NCBI GenBank assembly: GCA_045544055.1
Contig: JAZPYF010000045.1
Location: forward strand, 13,597-77,596
From: Acutalibacteraceae bacterium
GTDB lineage: Bacteria; Bacillota; Clostridia; Oscillospirales; Acutalibacteraceae
DNA length: 64,000 bases
Reading direction: 5' to 3'
Position numbers and translations under genes: made by a program. Each line of letters starts with the position of its first letter. Positions within the stretch are counted from its first letter, which is position 1. The notes under the pieces are model-generated. The model was not told the origin of the DNA. It made no database searches and worked only from the letters and a program-made list of their open reading frames with translations. Shown here in pieces: positions 18,230 to 28,400 of the stretch.

Positions 18230-18976
18230 ATGCAGGATGAAACGGCTCTGCTCGTTAAGCGGTTTGAGGAGCTGAGCAGCCGCAGCTATAACAAGGGGAT
18301 ATGGGTTTATTCCGATTTTCTGTCTGCTGCACAGCAGGCTCTTCTTCTGACACAGCGGCTAGGTGCCGTTACTCTTTACGGCGGTTATGACGGTGCAGAG
18401 CGGCGGATTGCCTGCTTTGGCAGTGAGGAGCTTTGCGGTTATGAGGCGGCTGTGCCGTGTGTCTGGCTTCAGATAAGGCCCGTCGCCCGAAAGTTTGCCG
18501 ATGAGCTGACCCACCGTGACTTTTTCGGCTCGGTTATGGCGCTGGGTCTGAAAAGAGAAGTGCTGGGTGACATAATTGTTTTTGATAATTCGGCGTATCT
18601 TTTCTGTATGGAAAATGTGAGCGGATATATCGCAGAGAATCTGACTCAGGTAAAGCACACAACCGTAGAATGCGTTGAGGTGGAAAAACCGCCGGTTGAG
18701 AGTGTTGCTCTGCCGGATACAGAGGAATTTGTCATCGCTTCCGAGCGCTTGGATGCGGTAATTGCGGCGGTGTATAATATTTCACGCAGCGTGTGCAAGG
18801 AGCTTGTGGAAAAGGGTATGGTAAGCGTTAACAGCATACTTACACAGAATCCGTCCAAGATGCTTGAGGCACACGATACGGTTTCTGTCAGAGGTCGCGG
18901 CAGATTCATATACGAGGGTATTGCACGCGAAACAAAAAAGGGTAAGCTGCGTGCAAATGTAAGGGTGCATAAATAA
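18230..18976 (+). CDS. ylmH: YlmH-like RNA-binding S4-domain protein
   Basis: 248 aa. Size, N-terminal LVKRFEEL...WVYSDFL and the C-terminal S4-like RLDAVIAAVYNISRSVCKELVEKGMVSVN fit YlmH. Confidence 0.65.
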   Translation: MQDETALLVKRFEELSSRSYNKGIWVYSDFLSAAQQALLLTQRLGAVTLYGGYDGAERRIACFGSEELCGYEAAVPCVWLQIRPVARKFADELTHRDFFGSVMALGLKREVLGDIIVFDNSAYLFCMENVSGYIAENLTQVKHTTVECVEVEKPPVESVALPDTEEFVIASERLDAVIAAVYNISRSVCKELVEKGMVSVNSILTQNPSKMLEAHDTVSVRGRGRFIYEGIARETKKGKLRANVRVHK

Positions 18977-19020
18977 AAAAGCGGATTGCAAAGTTTTTTC
19001 TCTGCAATCCGTTTTATTTT
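18975..19020. terminator. bidirectional terminator between ylmH (+) and recG (-)
   Basis: Stem CGGATTGCA (18982-18990) / TGCAATCCG (19003-19011), flanked by an A-run and a T-run. Confidence 0.75.
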
Positions 19021-21063
19021 TCAATTCATTCCTTGCGGTCCTACCGCATCAAACAGATCAAGCACTGCTCTTTTGAGCGGTGCATTTTTTTCGCTTCTCA
19101 GCGCAGGGTCGGCGGTAAGAGTTTCGTTTGCGGCCCGCTGTGCCTGTCGAAGAAGCTCCATATCGCTTGAAAGGTCTGCAATCTTCATTTCCGGCAGACC
19201 GTGCTGGCGTGCGCCGAAGAAATCGCCGGGTCCTCTGAGCTTGAGGTCCTCGTCGGCAATCTCAAAGCCGTTTGTGGTGCGGCACATCGTTTTCAGGCGC
19301 TTCTGTGCGGTTTTACCCTTGGCATCGGAGATGAGAATACAGGTTGATTTGTACTGACCTCTGCCTACTCTGCCACGGAGCTGATGAAGCTGTGAAAGAC
19401 CGAAACGCTCGGCGTTTTCTATAACCATAATAACGCTGTTGGGTACGTCAACTCCGACCTCGATTACCGTTGTGGAAACGAGAAGCTGAATGTTACCTGC
19501 GGCAAATTCACGCATCACGCTGTCCTTTTCAGCAGCTTTCATCTTGCCGTGAAGAAGCCCCACCGTATAGCCCTTGAAATCTTCGTTCCGCAGCTTTTCG
19601 GCAACTTCTTCTGCGGCTTTCAGCTCGCTGACCTCGCTCTCTTCAACAAGCGGACAGACTATGTAGCCCTGCCTGCCCTCATCAAGGTGCTTTCTGACAT
19701 AGCCGTAGGCACGCTGTCTTATTGAGCCGTCAATGGCAAATGTTTCTATCTTCTGTCTGCCTGCAGGCAGCTCGTCAAGAATTGATATATCAAGGTCGCC
19801 GTAGATTATGAGGGCAAGTGTGCGCGGAATCGGTGTTGCGGACATAACAAAGGTGTGCGGATTAAGTCCCTTACTGCCGAGTGCAGAGCGTTGGGCAACA
19901 CCGAAACGATGCTGTTCATCTGTTACCACAAGACCGAGGCTGTGAAACTCAACATCTTTTTGAATAAGTGCGTGAGTGCCGATTACAAGGTCGGCTGTGC
20001 CGTCGGCAAGTGCCTGCTTGATACGCTTTTTCTCTTTTGCGGGTGTTGAGCCTACAAGAAGCTCGATTCTCAGCTGAGTGCTTTCAAGCAGCTTACAGAA
20101 CGTGCGGTAGTGCTGAGCGGCAAGTATTTCAGTAGGTGCCATAATTGCGCTCTGGAATCCGTTTTTGGCGCAGGTATAGGCAACTGCGGCGGCAACTGCC
20201 GTTTTGCCCGAGCCGACATCACCCTGGAGCAGACGGCTCATAGGCTGCGGCTTTTTCATATCCTCCACCGCTTCTCTGACAGCACGCTGCTGTGCGCCCG
20301 TAGGCGAGAAGGGGAGAATTGAGAAAAATTCGTCTGTGTAGTCCTTTTCAATCCGGCAACCGGCACTCTTGCGGTTTCTGCCGCGCAGGAGCATCATTCC
20401 CGTCTGCAGTACATAAAGCTCCTCAAAGCTGAGCCGCCTGCGTGCCGTAAGCATTGCCGCTTCGCTTTTTGGAAAATGTATGCTTTCAAGTGCGGTTTTG
20501 TAATCGCACAGGGCGTAGCGGTTTCGTATGTCTTCACTGAGCACATCCTCAGGCAGCTCACTCAGGCTGTCGAGCGCTCGGCGTACACAGCCCTCAATCA
20601 TTCGTGAGGTGAGCGATTGAGTCTGCGGATAAATCGGTCGGATTCTTTCGCCTGTCTGTGACTTTTCAATCTGAGGGTTGAGCATTTCACGGCTGTAGCC
20701 GCTTGCCTGAAGCCTGCCGAAGAAAAGATATTCCTCGCCCTGCTCAAGCTTTTCTGCGGCAAAGCGATTGTTGAAAATCGTAATTTTCATTATGTTTTCG
20801 CCGTCTGTTGCCTGGGTTTTATATACTGTCATACCCTTGCGCACGAGGGCGTGCTTTACGGGGGAGCAGACCATTGCTTTTATGCAGCACGGTTCACCCG
20901 GAACGGCATTGAGAATGGTTGTAAGCCTGCTCCAATCCTCATAAGCTCGCGGATAAAGGCGCACAAGGGAGCCGATGTCAGCCACACCAAGCCGCCTGAA
21001 CAGCTTGGCGCGGGATTCACCGACTCCCTTGAGGTATTTGATGTCGCTTGAAAAATTGAGCAT
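19021..21063 (-). CDS. recG: ATP-dependent DNA helicase RecG
   Basis: 680 aa. Walker A GDVGSGKT, DEQHRFG, and the C-terminal TRG-like QLHQLRGRVGRG. Confidence 0.93.
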   Translation of the reverse strand: MLNFSSDIKYLKGVGESRAKLFRRLGVADIGSLVRLYPRAYEDWSRLTTILNAVPGEPCCIKAMVCSPVKHALVRKGMTVYKTQATDGENIMKITIFNNRFAAEKLEQGEEYLFFGRLQASGYSREMLNPQIEKSQTGERIRPIYPQTQSLTSRMIEGCVRRALDSLSELPEDVLSEDIRNRYALCDYKTALESIHFPKSEAAMLTARRRLSFEELYVLQTGMMLLRGRNRKSAGCRIEKDYTDEFFSILPFSPTGAQQRAVREAVEDMKKPQPMSRLLQGDVGSGKTAVAAAVAYTCAKNGFQSAIMAPTEILAAQHYRTFCKLLESTQLRIELLVGSTPAKEKKRIKQALADGTADLVIGTHALIQKDVEFHSLGLVVTDEQHRFGVAQRSALGSKGLNPHTFVMSATPIPRTLALIIYGDLDISILDELPAGRQKIETFAIDGSIRQRAYGYVRKHLDEGRQGYIVCPLVEESEVSELKAAEEVAEKLRNEDFKGYTVGLLHGKMKAAEKDSVMREFAAGNIQLLVSTTVIEVGVDVPNSVIMVIENAERFGLSQLHQLRGRVGRGQYKSTCILISDAKGKTAQKRLKTMCRTTNGFEIADEDLKLRGPGDFFGARQHGLPEMKIADLSSDMELLRQAQRAANETLTADPALRSEKNAPLKRAVLDLFDAVGPQGMN

Positions 21064-21064
21064 T

Positions 21065-22714
21065 TTATTCTACCGCAATTGTAAAATAGTATATCGGCTG
21101 ACCGCCGGGAACAACGGCAATGTCAGCGCCCGAACAGCGTGATTCAAGCATTGAGCAAAGCTGCTGAGCCTGCTCCTCGCTTGATTCGCTTCCGTAATAA
21201 ACAGTAATCATTGAAGCATCGAGCTTCTTGAAAAGTCGGCGTGCAACCTTGTAGCCTGCCTTGATCGGGTCATGCTCGACTACGGTGATTTTTCCATCTT
21301 CCATACCGAGAATTTCACCCTTGCGTATACGCTGGTTGTTGACCTCACTGTCGCGTGCGGCAAAGGTGACAAGACCTGTGCCGACCTTGCCTGCTGCTTT
21401 CATCATTTCAAGGTGATTCTTTTCCGCAGGCTGAGTTTCGTCAAAGCTGAGCATTGCGGCAATTCCCTGCGGAACGGTTTTTGTGTGAAGCACGCTGATT
21501 CCCTTGTCGCACAGAGGAACAACCTGCTCTGCCGCCATAATGATATTTTTGTTGTTGGGAAGTATGAAAACATGCTCGGCAGGGGTTGCGAGAACTGCAC
21601 GCAGTATGTCATCCGTGCTGGGGTTCATTGTCTGACCGCCGCTGACGATTCTGTCTGCGCCGAGCTGACTGAACAGCTCCTCAAAGCCCTCACCTGCACA
21701 TACGGTAACAAAGCCGAACTGCTTTTCGATTTCGGCGGCTTTGGGCATCTCTTCGGCGGCATCGGGAATCTGTTCCTGATCAATTACGTTGTTACTGTGC
21801 TGGAAGCGCATATTGTCAATTTTAATGTTGACAAGCGCACCGTATTTGAGACCCTCCTGAATTGCGTTGCCGGGGTCATTTGAATGAACGTGTACCTTGA
21901 TGATTTCCTCATCATCAACAACTACAACACAGTCACCGATGCTCTCAAGATAAGCTCTGAGCTTGAGTGCGTCGCTGTGCTGAGGATTTACTCTGTTTAC
22001 TATAAATTCGGTACAGTAGCCGAACTTGATTTCTTCATTTGCCGTTGATGCGGCGGCAACCGTCTGTACGGGTGTAACGGGGTTATCGCCCGAAGCTATT
22101 ATTTCTTCACCCTTGAATACGCTGAGCATACCCTCCATAACGAGCAGCAGACCCTGACCGCCTGCGTCAACAACGCCTGCTTTTTTGAGCTGTGGCAGAA
22201 GCTCAGGTGTTTTGTCGAGCGATATTCTTGCCGCCTTGCAGGCCTTTTCCCACAGCTCAACTGCAGAAATTTCGCCCTGCACAAGTCTTGCCGCTTCTTC
22301 GCCGGATTCCCTTATAACTGTGAGAATTGTACCCTCGGTCGGCTTCATAACTGCGCCGTAGGCGGATTTTGCGCCCTCCTCAAGAGCTTTTGCAAGCATT
22401 GCGGCATCAGCGGATTCAGCACCCTTGAGTGCCTTTGAAAAGCCTCTGAAAATGAGTGAAAGGATAACGCCCGAGTTGCCTCTTGCACCTCTGAGAAGTG
22501 CCGAGGCTGCCTTTGCGGCAACGTCACCTGCTTTGGTGCCGTTGGGGATGATTGAAAGCTCTCTTGCGGCGGCACGCATTGTCATTGACATATTTGTGCC
22601 CGTATCTCCGTCGGGAACGGGGAAAACGTTGAGTGCGTCAACCGCTGTTTTACTGTTATCGATATTGTTTGCTGCGGATATTATAGCATCACGCAGAGTA
22701 TTGCCGTTTATCAC
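21065..22714 (-). CDS. yloV: DAK2-domain protein (YloV family)
   Basis: 549 aa. The N-terminal DAK2 motif PVPDGDTGTNM and its position between asp23 and recG match the conserved Firmicutes arrangement. Confidence 0.85.
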   Translation of the reverse strand: MINGNTLRDAIISAANNIDNSKTAVDALNVFPVPDGDTGTNMSMTMRAAARELSIIPNGTKAGDVAAKAASALLRGARGNSGVILSLIFRGFSKALKGAESADAAMLAKALEEGAKSAYGAVMKPTEGTILTVIRESGEEAARLVQGEISAVELWEKACKAARISLDKTPELLPQLKKAGVVDAGGQGLLLVMEGMLSVFKGEEIIASGDNPVTPVQTVAAASTANEEIKFGYCTEFIVNRVNPQHSDALKLRAYLESIGDCVVVVDDEEIIKVHVHSNDPGNAIQEGLKYGALVNIKIDNMRFQHSNNVIDQEQIPDAAEEMPKAAEIEKQFGFVTVCAGEGFEELFSQLGADRIVSGGQTMNPSTDDILRAVLATPAEHVFILPNNKNIIMAAEQVVPLCDKGISVLHTKTVPQGIAAMLSFDETQPAEKNHLEMMKAAGKVGTGLVTFAARDSEVNNQRIRKGEILGMEDGKITVVEHDPIKAGYKVARRLFKKLDASMITVYYGSESSEEQAQQLCSMLESRCSGADIAVVPGGQPIYYFTIAVE

Positions 22715-22725
22715 TTTGATTTACC

Positions 22726-23085
22726 TCAGCTTTCTGCTTTCATGCCGTCAACAAAAACTTTAATATCGTTTACCTTGAAGCCTGTGGCTTCCTCGACGGT
22801 GTATTTTACCTTGTTTACTATGCTCTGGCATATTGCGGATATGTTCAGACCGTATGTGACGATTATGTGAAGCTCGATGAACAGACCGCCGTCACGCTTC
22901 TGTATTGCAACGCCCTGGTCATTGAACATCTGTCCTTTTTTGAAGAATGAGCGGATCTGCTGGCGCTTGTTGGTGTTTGCCATTCCGACAACGCCGAAGC
23001 AGGATGAAGCGGCATTGCCTATGAGACTTGTGAAATAAGTTTCGCTGATTTCAACAGTGCCCATATGGTTTTCAAACTTAATCAT
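22726..23085 (-). CDS. Asp23/Gls24 family envelope-stress protein (YloU-like)
   Basis: 119 aa. ISETYFTSLIGNAASSCFGVVGM is typical of Asp23. Confidence 0.85.
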   Translation of the reverse strand: MIKFENHMGTVEISETYFTSLIGNAASSCFGVVGMANTNKRQQIRSFFKKGQMFNDQGVAIQKRDGGLFIELHIIVTYGLNISAICQSIVNKVKYTVEEATGFKVNDIKVFVDGMKAES

Positions 23086-24683
23086 TTGTTTCCCTCCGTT
23101 TTATTTTTTATCGACCATTTATCTATGTTGTAAAAATTATCGTAGCAAGTGCCTTTGATTTCGCTTGTAAAATCGCGCGAGTATATTTCAACCGAGCAAC
23201 GGTAGCAAATAGGGACAAAGGGCATCTCCGATTCGAAAAACTTGCAGAAATCGGACATTGAAAGCTCGCCCGAAAGCAGGGCTCTGTATTGATCGTATCC
23301 GAGCGTAAATTCGTTTTCGTTCTCGTCTGCAAGCACAACGGCACAGTTTGTCATACTGCCCGATGAGAAGAACGGAGTAATGTTCATGTTTGCAGGCACC
23401 TTGATTTCGCCCAGATACATTTCGTAGTTTCCTTCAGCGATGGCCTGTTTATACTCTTTGTACGGTAATTCGAGAATACGCACGTTGAAGTTCAGCTTTG
23501 CCAGCTGCTCTTTTATCTGCTGAGCGGCGGCTGTTTTGAAGCTGTTGTCCTGACATACGGTGAGCGTGCAGGTGAGGCTTTTGGTGTTGCTGCAGCGGTA
23601 GCCGTAGCGGTTGATTGAGGTGTAGCCTGCCTGTTCAAATAAATTCTGAGCGCCCGTAATATTTGCCTGGGTTTTTCCGCTGAGAGGAATGTTCTTCATT
23701 GCGCTCCATGTGGGGTTGAAAGGTACAACAGCACTGACAGCGTGTCCCTGAAAGCCCATTGAGCTTATTTGCTCTCTGTCAAGCAGCATTGATACTGCAC
23801 AGCGTACGGCGTTTTCTGCAAAAATAGCTTTTTCACTGTTGAATGCGAGGTAGACAAGGTTATTTGTCGGCACAACGGAGAGACCTGCGTTTACTCTTGT
23901 GTACTTGCCTGTTGAAAGGTCGTTGTACCAGTAATCGTAGTTGCCTATCTGCAGGCCGTATGCCATTCCGTCGGAATCGCTGACCTCAAAAAGATTTATC
24001 GTTGAAGCATTGAGTGTTTCCGCTCTGTTGCAGTTGGGATTGGCGGTCAGCACAGCGGCAGGAAGAGGACCGCTGATAACATATCTGCCCGCACCTGTCG
24101 GCGGTACTGTTTCAAAAACCTTACCGTCTGATTTTTCAGCCTGAACCGTGCCTTTTTTTACAATCGGAAAATCGAGCGAGGCGAGAGCATTTACGTCTGC
24201 ATATTTCAGCTCAAAGCTGACCGAGCTTCCCGAGCCGTCGGCAGATTTGATGTTTGAAAGGCGTGAGGAATAGTAGCTGCTTTCCTTGGCTTTTTCAAAT
24301 GAGTATATTACATCGCTTGCGGTTATGGGCGAGCCATCGGAAAAGCAGATACCGCTTTTTAACGTTACGGTAAGGAGCTTGCCCTCGTTTGAATGTGAGC
24401 TTATCAGCAAGGGCTGAGGGCAGAACTCGCTGTCAATATATATAAGTCCGTCATAAAGCAGAGTTACAAGTGAACGGTTGACGGCGCTGATATTCTTGAA
24501 CGGGTCAAGAGTGTCGTTATGAGCTACGGGAAGTGTGATGCTGTATGTTACGGCAGGCTTGAGCGGCCCCGTATCTGTACGGTCTTCCTCAGGCGGAGTA
24601 TCGCCCGAATCGGAACAGGCACACAGGGAAAACAGCAGTATTACCGCCGAAAGCAGAGAGATTATTCTTCTGTTCTTTTTCAT
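23082..24683 (-). CDS. family-5 (peptide/nickel type) ABC substrate-binding lipoprotein, orphan
   Basis: 533 aa. Lipobox LFSLCACS. Size and pattern match SBP family 5. No permease or ATPase genes are adjacent. Confidence 0.7.
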   Translation of the reverse strand: MKKNRRIISLLSAVILLFSLCACSDSGDTPPEEDRTDTGPLKPAVTYSITLPVAHNDTLDPFKNISAVNRSLVTLLYDGLIYIDSEFCPQPLLISSHSNEGKLLTVTLKSGICFSDGSPITASDVIYSFEKAKESSYYSSRLSNIKSADGSGSSVSFELKYADVNALASLDFPIVKKGTVQAEKSDGKVFETVPPTGAGRYVISGPLPAAVLTANPNCNRAETLNASTINLFEVSDSDGMAYGLQIGNYDYWYNDLSTGKYTRVNAGLSVVPTNNLVYLAFNSEKAIFAENAVRCAVSMLLDREQISSMGFQGHAVSAVVPFNPTWSAMKNIPLSGKTQANITGAQNLFEQAGYTSINRYGYRCSNTKSLTCTLTVCQDNSFKTAAAQQIKEQLAKLNFNVRILELPYKEYKQAIAEGNYEMYLGEIKVPANMNITPFFSSGSMTNCAVVLADENENEFTLGYDQYRALLSGELSMSDFCKFFESEMPFVPICYRCSVEIYSRDFTSEIKGTCYDNFYNIDKWSIKNKTEGNK

Positions 24684-24687
24684 GTTT

Positions 24688-25458
24688 TTATCCTCTGATG
24701 TTGATTCTTTTTACGTCAACTGTTTTTCCGCTTTGCTTATCAATTTCAAAAAGACAGCCGCAGAGCATAGCTTCACCGTCGTTATTCTCAAAGCGTACGG
24801 GCATTCCCGTTCTGAGCTTTGTAATTACGTTTTCGGGAGCGACACCAAGAACGGACTGCACCGTACCGACCATACCGAGGTCTGTGATATATCCCGTGCC
24901 GTTTGGCAGAATCTGCTCGTCTGCTGTCTGCACATGGGTGTGAGTGCCGAAAACCGCACTTACCTTGCCGTCAAGATAAAAGCCGAGGGCACGCTTTTCG
25001 CCTGTTGTCTCTGCGTGAAAATCCACAAGCTTAATGCGGCAATCGCTGATTTTTTCAAGGTATTCATCAGCACATACGAAGGGATTTTCTCCGTCCATAA
25101 ATGCCTGACCTGCAAGGTTGATAACTCCGATTTTAACGCTGCCCATATCGGCAACGGTCCAGCCCTTGCCGGGGTTGCCTGCATAGTAGTTGGCAGGGCG
25201 GATTATATCGGAGCGTGAATCGAGCATATCGTATACTTCACGGCGGCGGAAAACATGGTTTCCTGTTGTGATGAGGTCAACTCCGCTGTCAAACAGAAAT
25301 TCTGCTGAGGACGGAAGTATGCCGTTGCCCGCGGCTGAATTTTCACCGTTTGCAATGCAGAAATCAACGGCGTACTGCTTTTTGATTGTGGGCAGGCGAC
25401 GGCGCAGATATTCGCAGCCTGGCACGCCGACAACGTCGCCGATTACAAGAATATTCAT
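24688..25458 (-). CDS. ymdB: YmdB-family metallophosphoesterase (TIGR00282-like)
   Basis: NILVIGDVVG, NGENSAAGNG, TTGNHVF and GTHTHVQT motifs. ATG 25458 preferred over the track's GTG 25470, which directly abuts the SD. Confidence 0.85.
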   Translation of the reverse strand: MNILVIGDVVGVPGCEYLRRRLPTIKKQYAVDFCIANGENSAAGNGILPSSAEFLFDSGVDLITTGNHVFRRREVYDMLDSRSDIIRPANYYAGNPGKGWTVADMGSVKIGVINLAGQAFMDGENPFVCADEYLEKISDCRIKLVDFHAETTGEKRALGFYLDGKVSAVFGTHTHVQTADEQILPNGTGYITDLGMVGTVQSVLGVAPENVITKLRTGMPVRFENNDGEAMLCGCLFEIDKQSGKTVDVKRINIRG

Positions 25459-25466
25459 GTTGTGGC

Positions 25467-28400
25467 TCACTCTCCGGGGGTATAGTAGTTAAAAATAGTG
25501 TTTTGCAAAAGTGATGCTTCCTGAATCAGAAGAGCGTCGGATTCTGTTATCGCTCCGTCACAGTCGGCATCGGCGGCGATGAACATGGTTTTTGTATCTG
25601 CTTCAAGCATTCCGAGCGCATACATTTTTGCAAGAAATACGTCATTGGCATCGGTTTTGCCGTTTGCATTGATATCGCCTATAACGGCAACGGTATATAC
25701 AACATCGTCATAGCTTTCTCTTGTGAGTGTGAACGTTGAGCCTGTTGAATATGTGCCGCGTGAGTTGGGCGCATGGGTCAGCGTGTAACCGCCGCCTGCA
25801 CTTAAGCATTCTGCATAGCTGTCAACATAATCCTCTGTGATGACGATGAGCTTGTTTGTATTATCTGAAATTACGTTATAATCATCCGAATTTATACTCG
25901 GCAGGGGGACAAGAGCACTGATAGCTGCTCTGATATCTGCCGCCATTTGGTCAACTGCCGCCTGTTCATCAGAATACTTGCCGTAAACAACTGCGTTGAC
26001 TGCGGCGGTAACTGCGCTGAAATCAATGTAGTCAGCCTTATTGAGTGCCGCAGCCTCAGCCTTGGCTTTTTCAACCTCGCTGTAATCTGCAGGTGTTTTT
26101 TCTATGAGCTTATCCATTGCGTCGAGCAGCTCGATGTATTTAGCGTCCACCTTATCCTGCTGGAATTCGTAAAGATTATAGTCGATGCTGTCAAGAACAG
26201 CCTGCACGATTTCGTAGTTAGTGAAATCATTGGGATCAAGGCTTTGCGCGACGGCAATTATTCTGTTGAGCTGGGCATAGTTTGCCTTGCCGCATACGGT
26301 GCGCAGTGCCGCTTCGGCAGCCAGCTTCATGCTGACCATTCTGCCGTCACCCAGATCAGCCGGATGATAAAGCTCGGTTGTTCCGGTGATAACTTCCTTA
26401 TTGTCGATTACAGCATATTTTGTGTTTGCTTCGGCACAAATAATGGATTTGACTTGAGAGCCTGTGAAATCCGGATTGATGGCAAAGCAAAGACCTGCAA
26501 CAGCCGTAACGATAGGTGCGGCCTGAGAGGTGCCCGTCATTTGAAGATACTGTATCTTTGTGCCGTCAGTTGCTGTCTGCTGAGTAGCTGTGCTGTGTAT
26601 GGTGTAGCCGGGTGCGTATATATCAACACGTTCGCCGGAGTTGCTGAAATATGCCATCTGGAACTTTGCACCGTCGGTACTGCTGCTAAGGTTCTGAGCT
26701 GCACCTACTACGATTGTGTGATCGTAAACATTTTGCACCTGAGCTGTGGTGAGACTGCCGTATCTTATGTCGGGATCAATTGCGCAAATCAGACCCGTTT
26801 GTGATGCATCAACACTTCGCGGCTTGGATACGCTGTAGCGTGAGTCTATGGTACCGTTACCTGCCGCTTGAATAACAACAAATTCTTTTCCCTGCTTCAA
26901 AAGGCTGGATATGGTTGTAACACAAGGCAGTGCGGTAGAATAGAGGTCGTATTCACTGAACGGATCGAGATAAGGATTGTAGGTCGGATCGTTCGGGTCA
27001 TAACCTTTACTTAAGCCGATTGAGAGGTTGACTGCCTTTGCACCGTTGGCAATATGTGAGGCCATGGCATCAACTATATATGTTGTTGTGTATTGTGCCT
27101 CAAAGTTAGCGGCATAAATTTCCGTATCCCAGAGCAGACCGGTAATTCCGAGCCCGTTATTTGCCTTGGCGCCCATTATACCTGCAACGTGAGTACCGTG
27201 CGACTGAGCGGCTTTACCTTTTTCGGTGGTTGCAAAAACGTTGTCGGATTCGTAAGTGCCTGCAAACTTGATGAGGTTGTCAAAATCCTCATGGTCGGTC
27301 ATAACAGGGCCGTCAACCATTCCGAGTACGACGTGGTTGTAGTATTTATCATAATCCCATGCGCTTGCAGCCTGTACTGCTTCCATGTGCCAGTTAAAGC
27401 CGTCGGGAATATCTTCATTCCACGGCTCCTGATAAGAATCGGGGAAATAGTACCACGGATCATCGGGGATTGCGCTGACTTCGAGCGGAAGAATTTGCTC
27501 AATGCTTGCGGAAATTACCTCGTTATATTTTTCAATTTCCTTGCACTTTTTATTAAGACCATCAAGTCCGTCTGCTTTAATCCTTGCCTGTACCATAACA
27601 ACGGCATTGATTTCGCCGACTCGCTCTGCACCGATTTCGCTGAGTATTTCTTCAATTCTCTCGTCTGTTGTATCAACATCAAAGTATATATTGACAATCT
27701 CTTTTACATACTTTGTGCCGTTTTCTTCAGTCTCTTCCGATTTTGTATGCTTGTATATTTCTCCGCTGTCGAAATACAGACTGTGTACCTGTGTCTGAGT
27801 TTCACCGTTTGTGAGCGTTGCCGTGAAGGTGACTGTATTTTCACCGGGCTTGAGGTGAAGATTGTCGGCGCTCCACTCACAGCCGTTAAGTGTGGCTTCA
27901 CCGACTGTACCTGCTGCAAATCCGTCTGATTCGCTGCGGATTTCGTATGTTACCGATTTTACCGATTCGTTTGCCGTGGCCTTGCCGTTGAAATCAGCTG
28001 TAAATCTTGTGACGGTAAGACCTTCTTCGGGAGTTTCGCCGTCAGCTGTTTCAATCTCAAAGTAGCTGTTCTTTGCGGTGCTTGCCAGATAATTTACGGT
28101 AATGCTCAGCGGATATGTTTTGCCGCCAATGCTTATATTGTCCTCAAGTGTGAAGCTGCGCAGCTCATCTGTGCCGATTGCGTGCACGCCGAATATACCT
28201 GCACTCGGCAGCAGCATCGCAAGTGCAAGCATAAGGGCGGCAGCTCTTTTTTGCTTTCTTGCAAAAATCACGGCAGCCGCAATGATGACAACAGCGGCAA
28301 TAACAGCAGCAATGATTGCTTTTTCGTTTGTTTTTTTGATTGTGGGTGCTTCAACCGTTTCTGAAGCAGGGGAGGCAAGAACGCTGAAAACAAGCTGAGC

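Noticed and set aside
17945-18976. AbrB/MazE-fold protein plus downstream gene as a toxin-antitoxin pair
   Set aside because: The downstream gene is a YlmH-type S4 RNA-binding protein, not a MazF/PemK or other toxin. The small protein matches AbrB transition-state regulators along its N-domain.
25947-27929. Two long plus-strand ORFs (285 and 278 aa) inside the S8 protease gene. Similar antisense ORFs occur at 21272-21883, 24535-25218, 30444-31079 and 35532-36233.
   Set aside because: All are antisense to genes with recognisable catalytic motifs. They lack RBSs and have Cys-rich or low-complexity translations.
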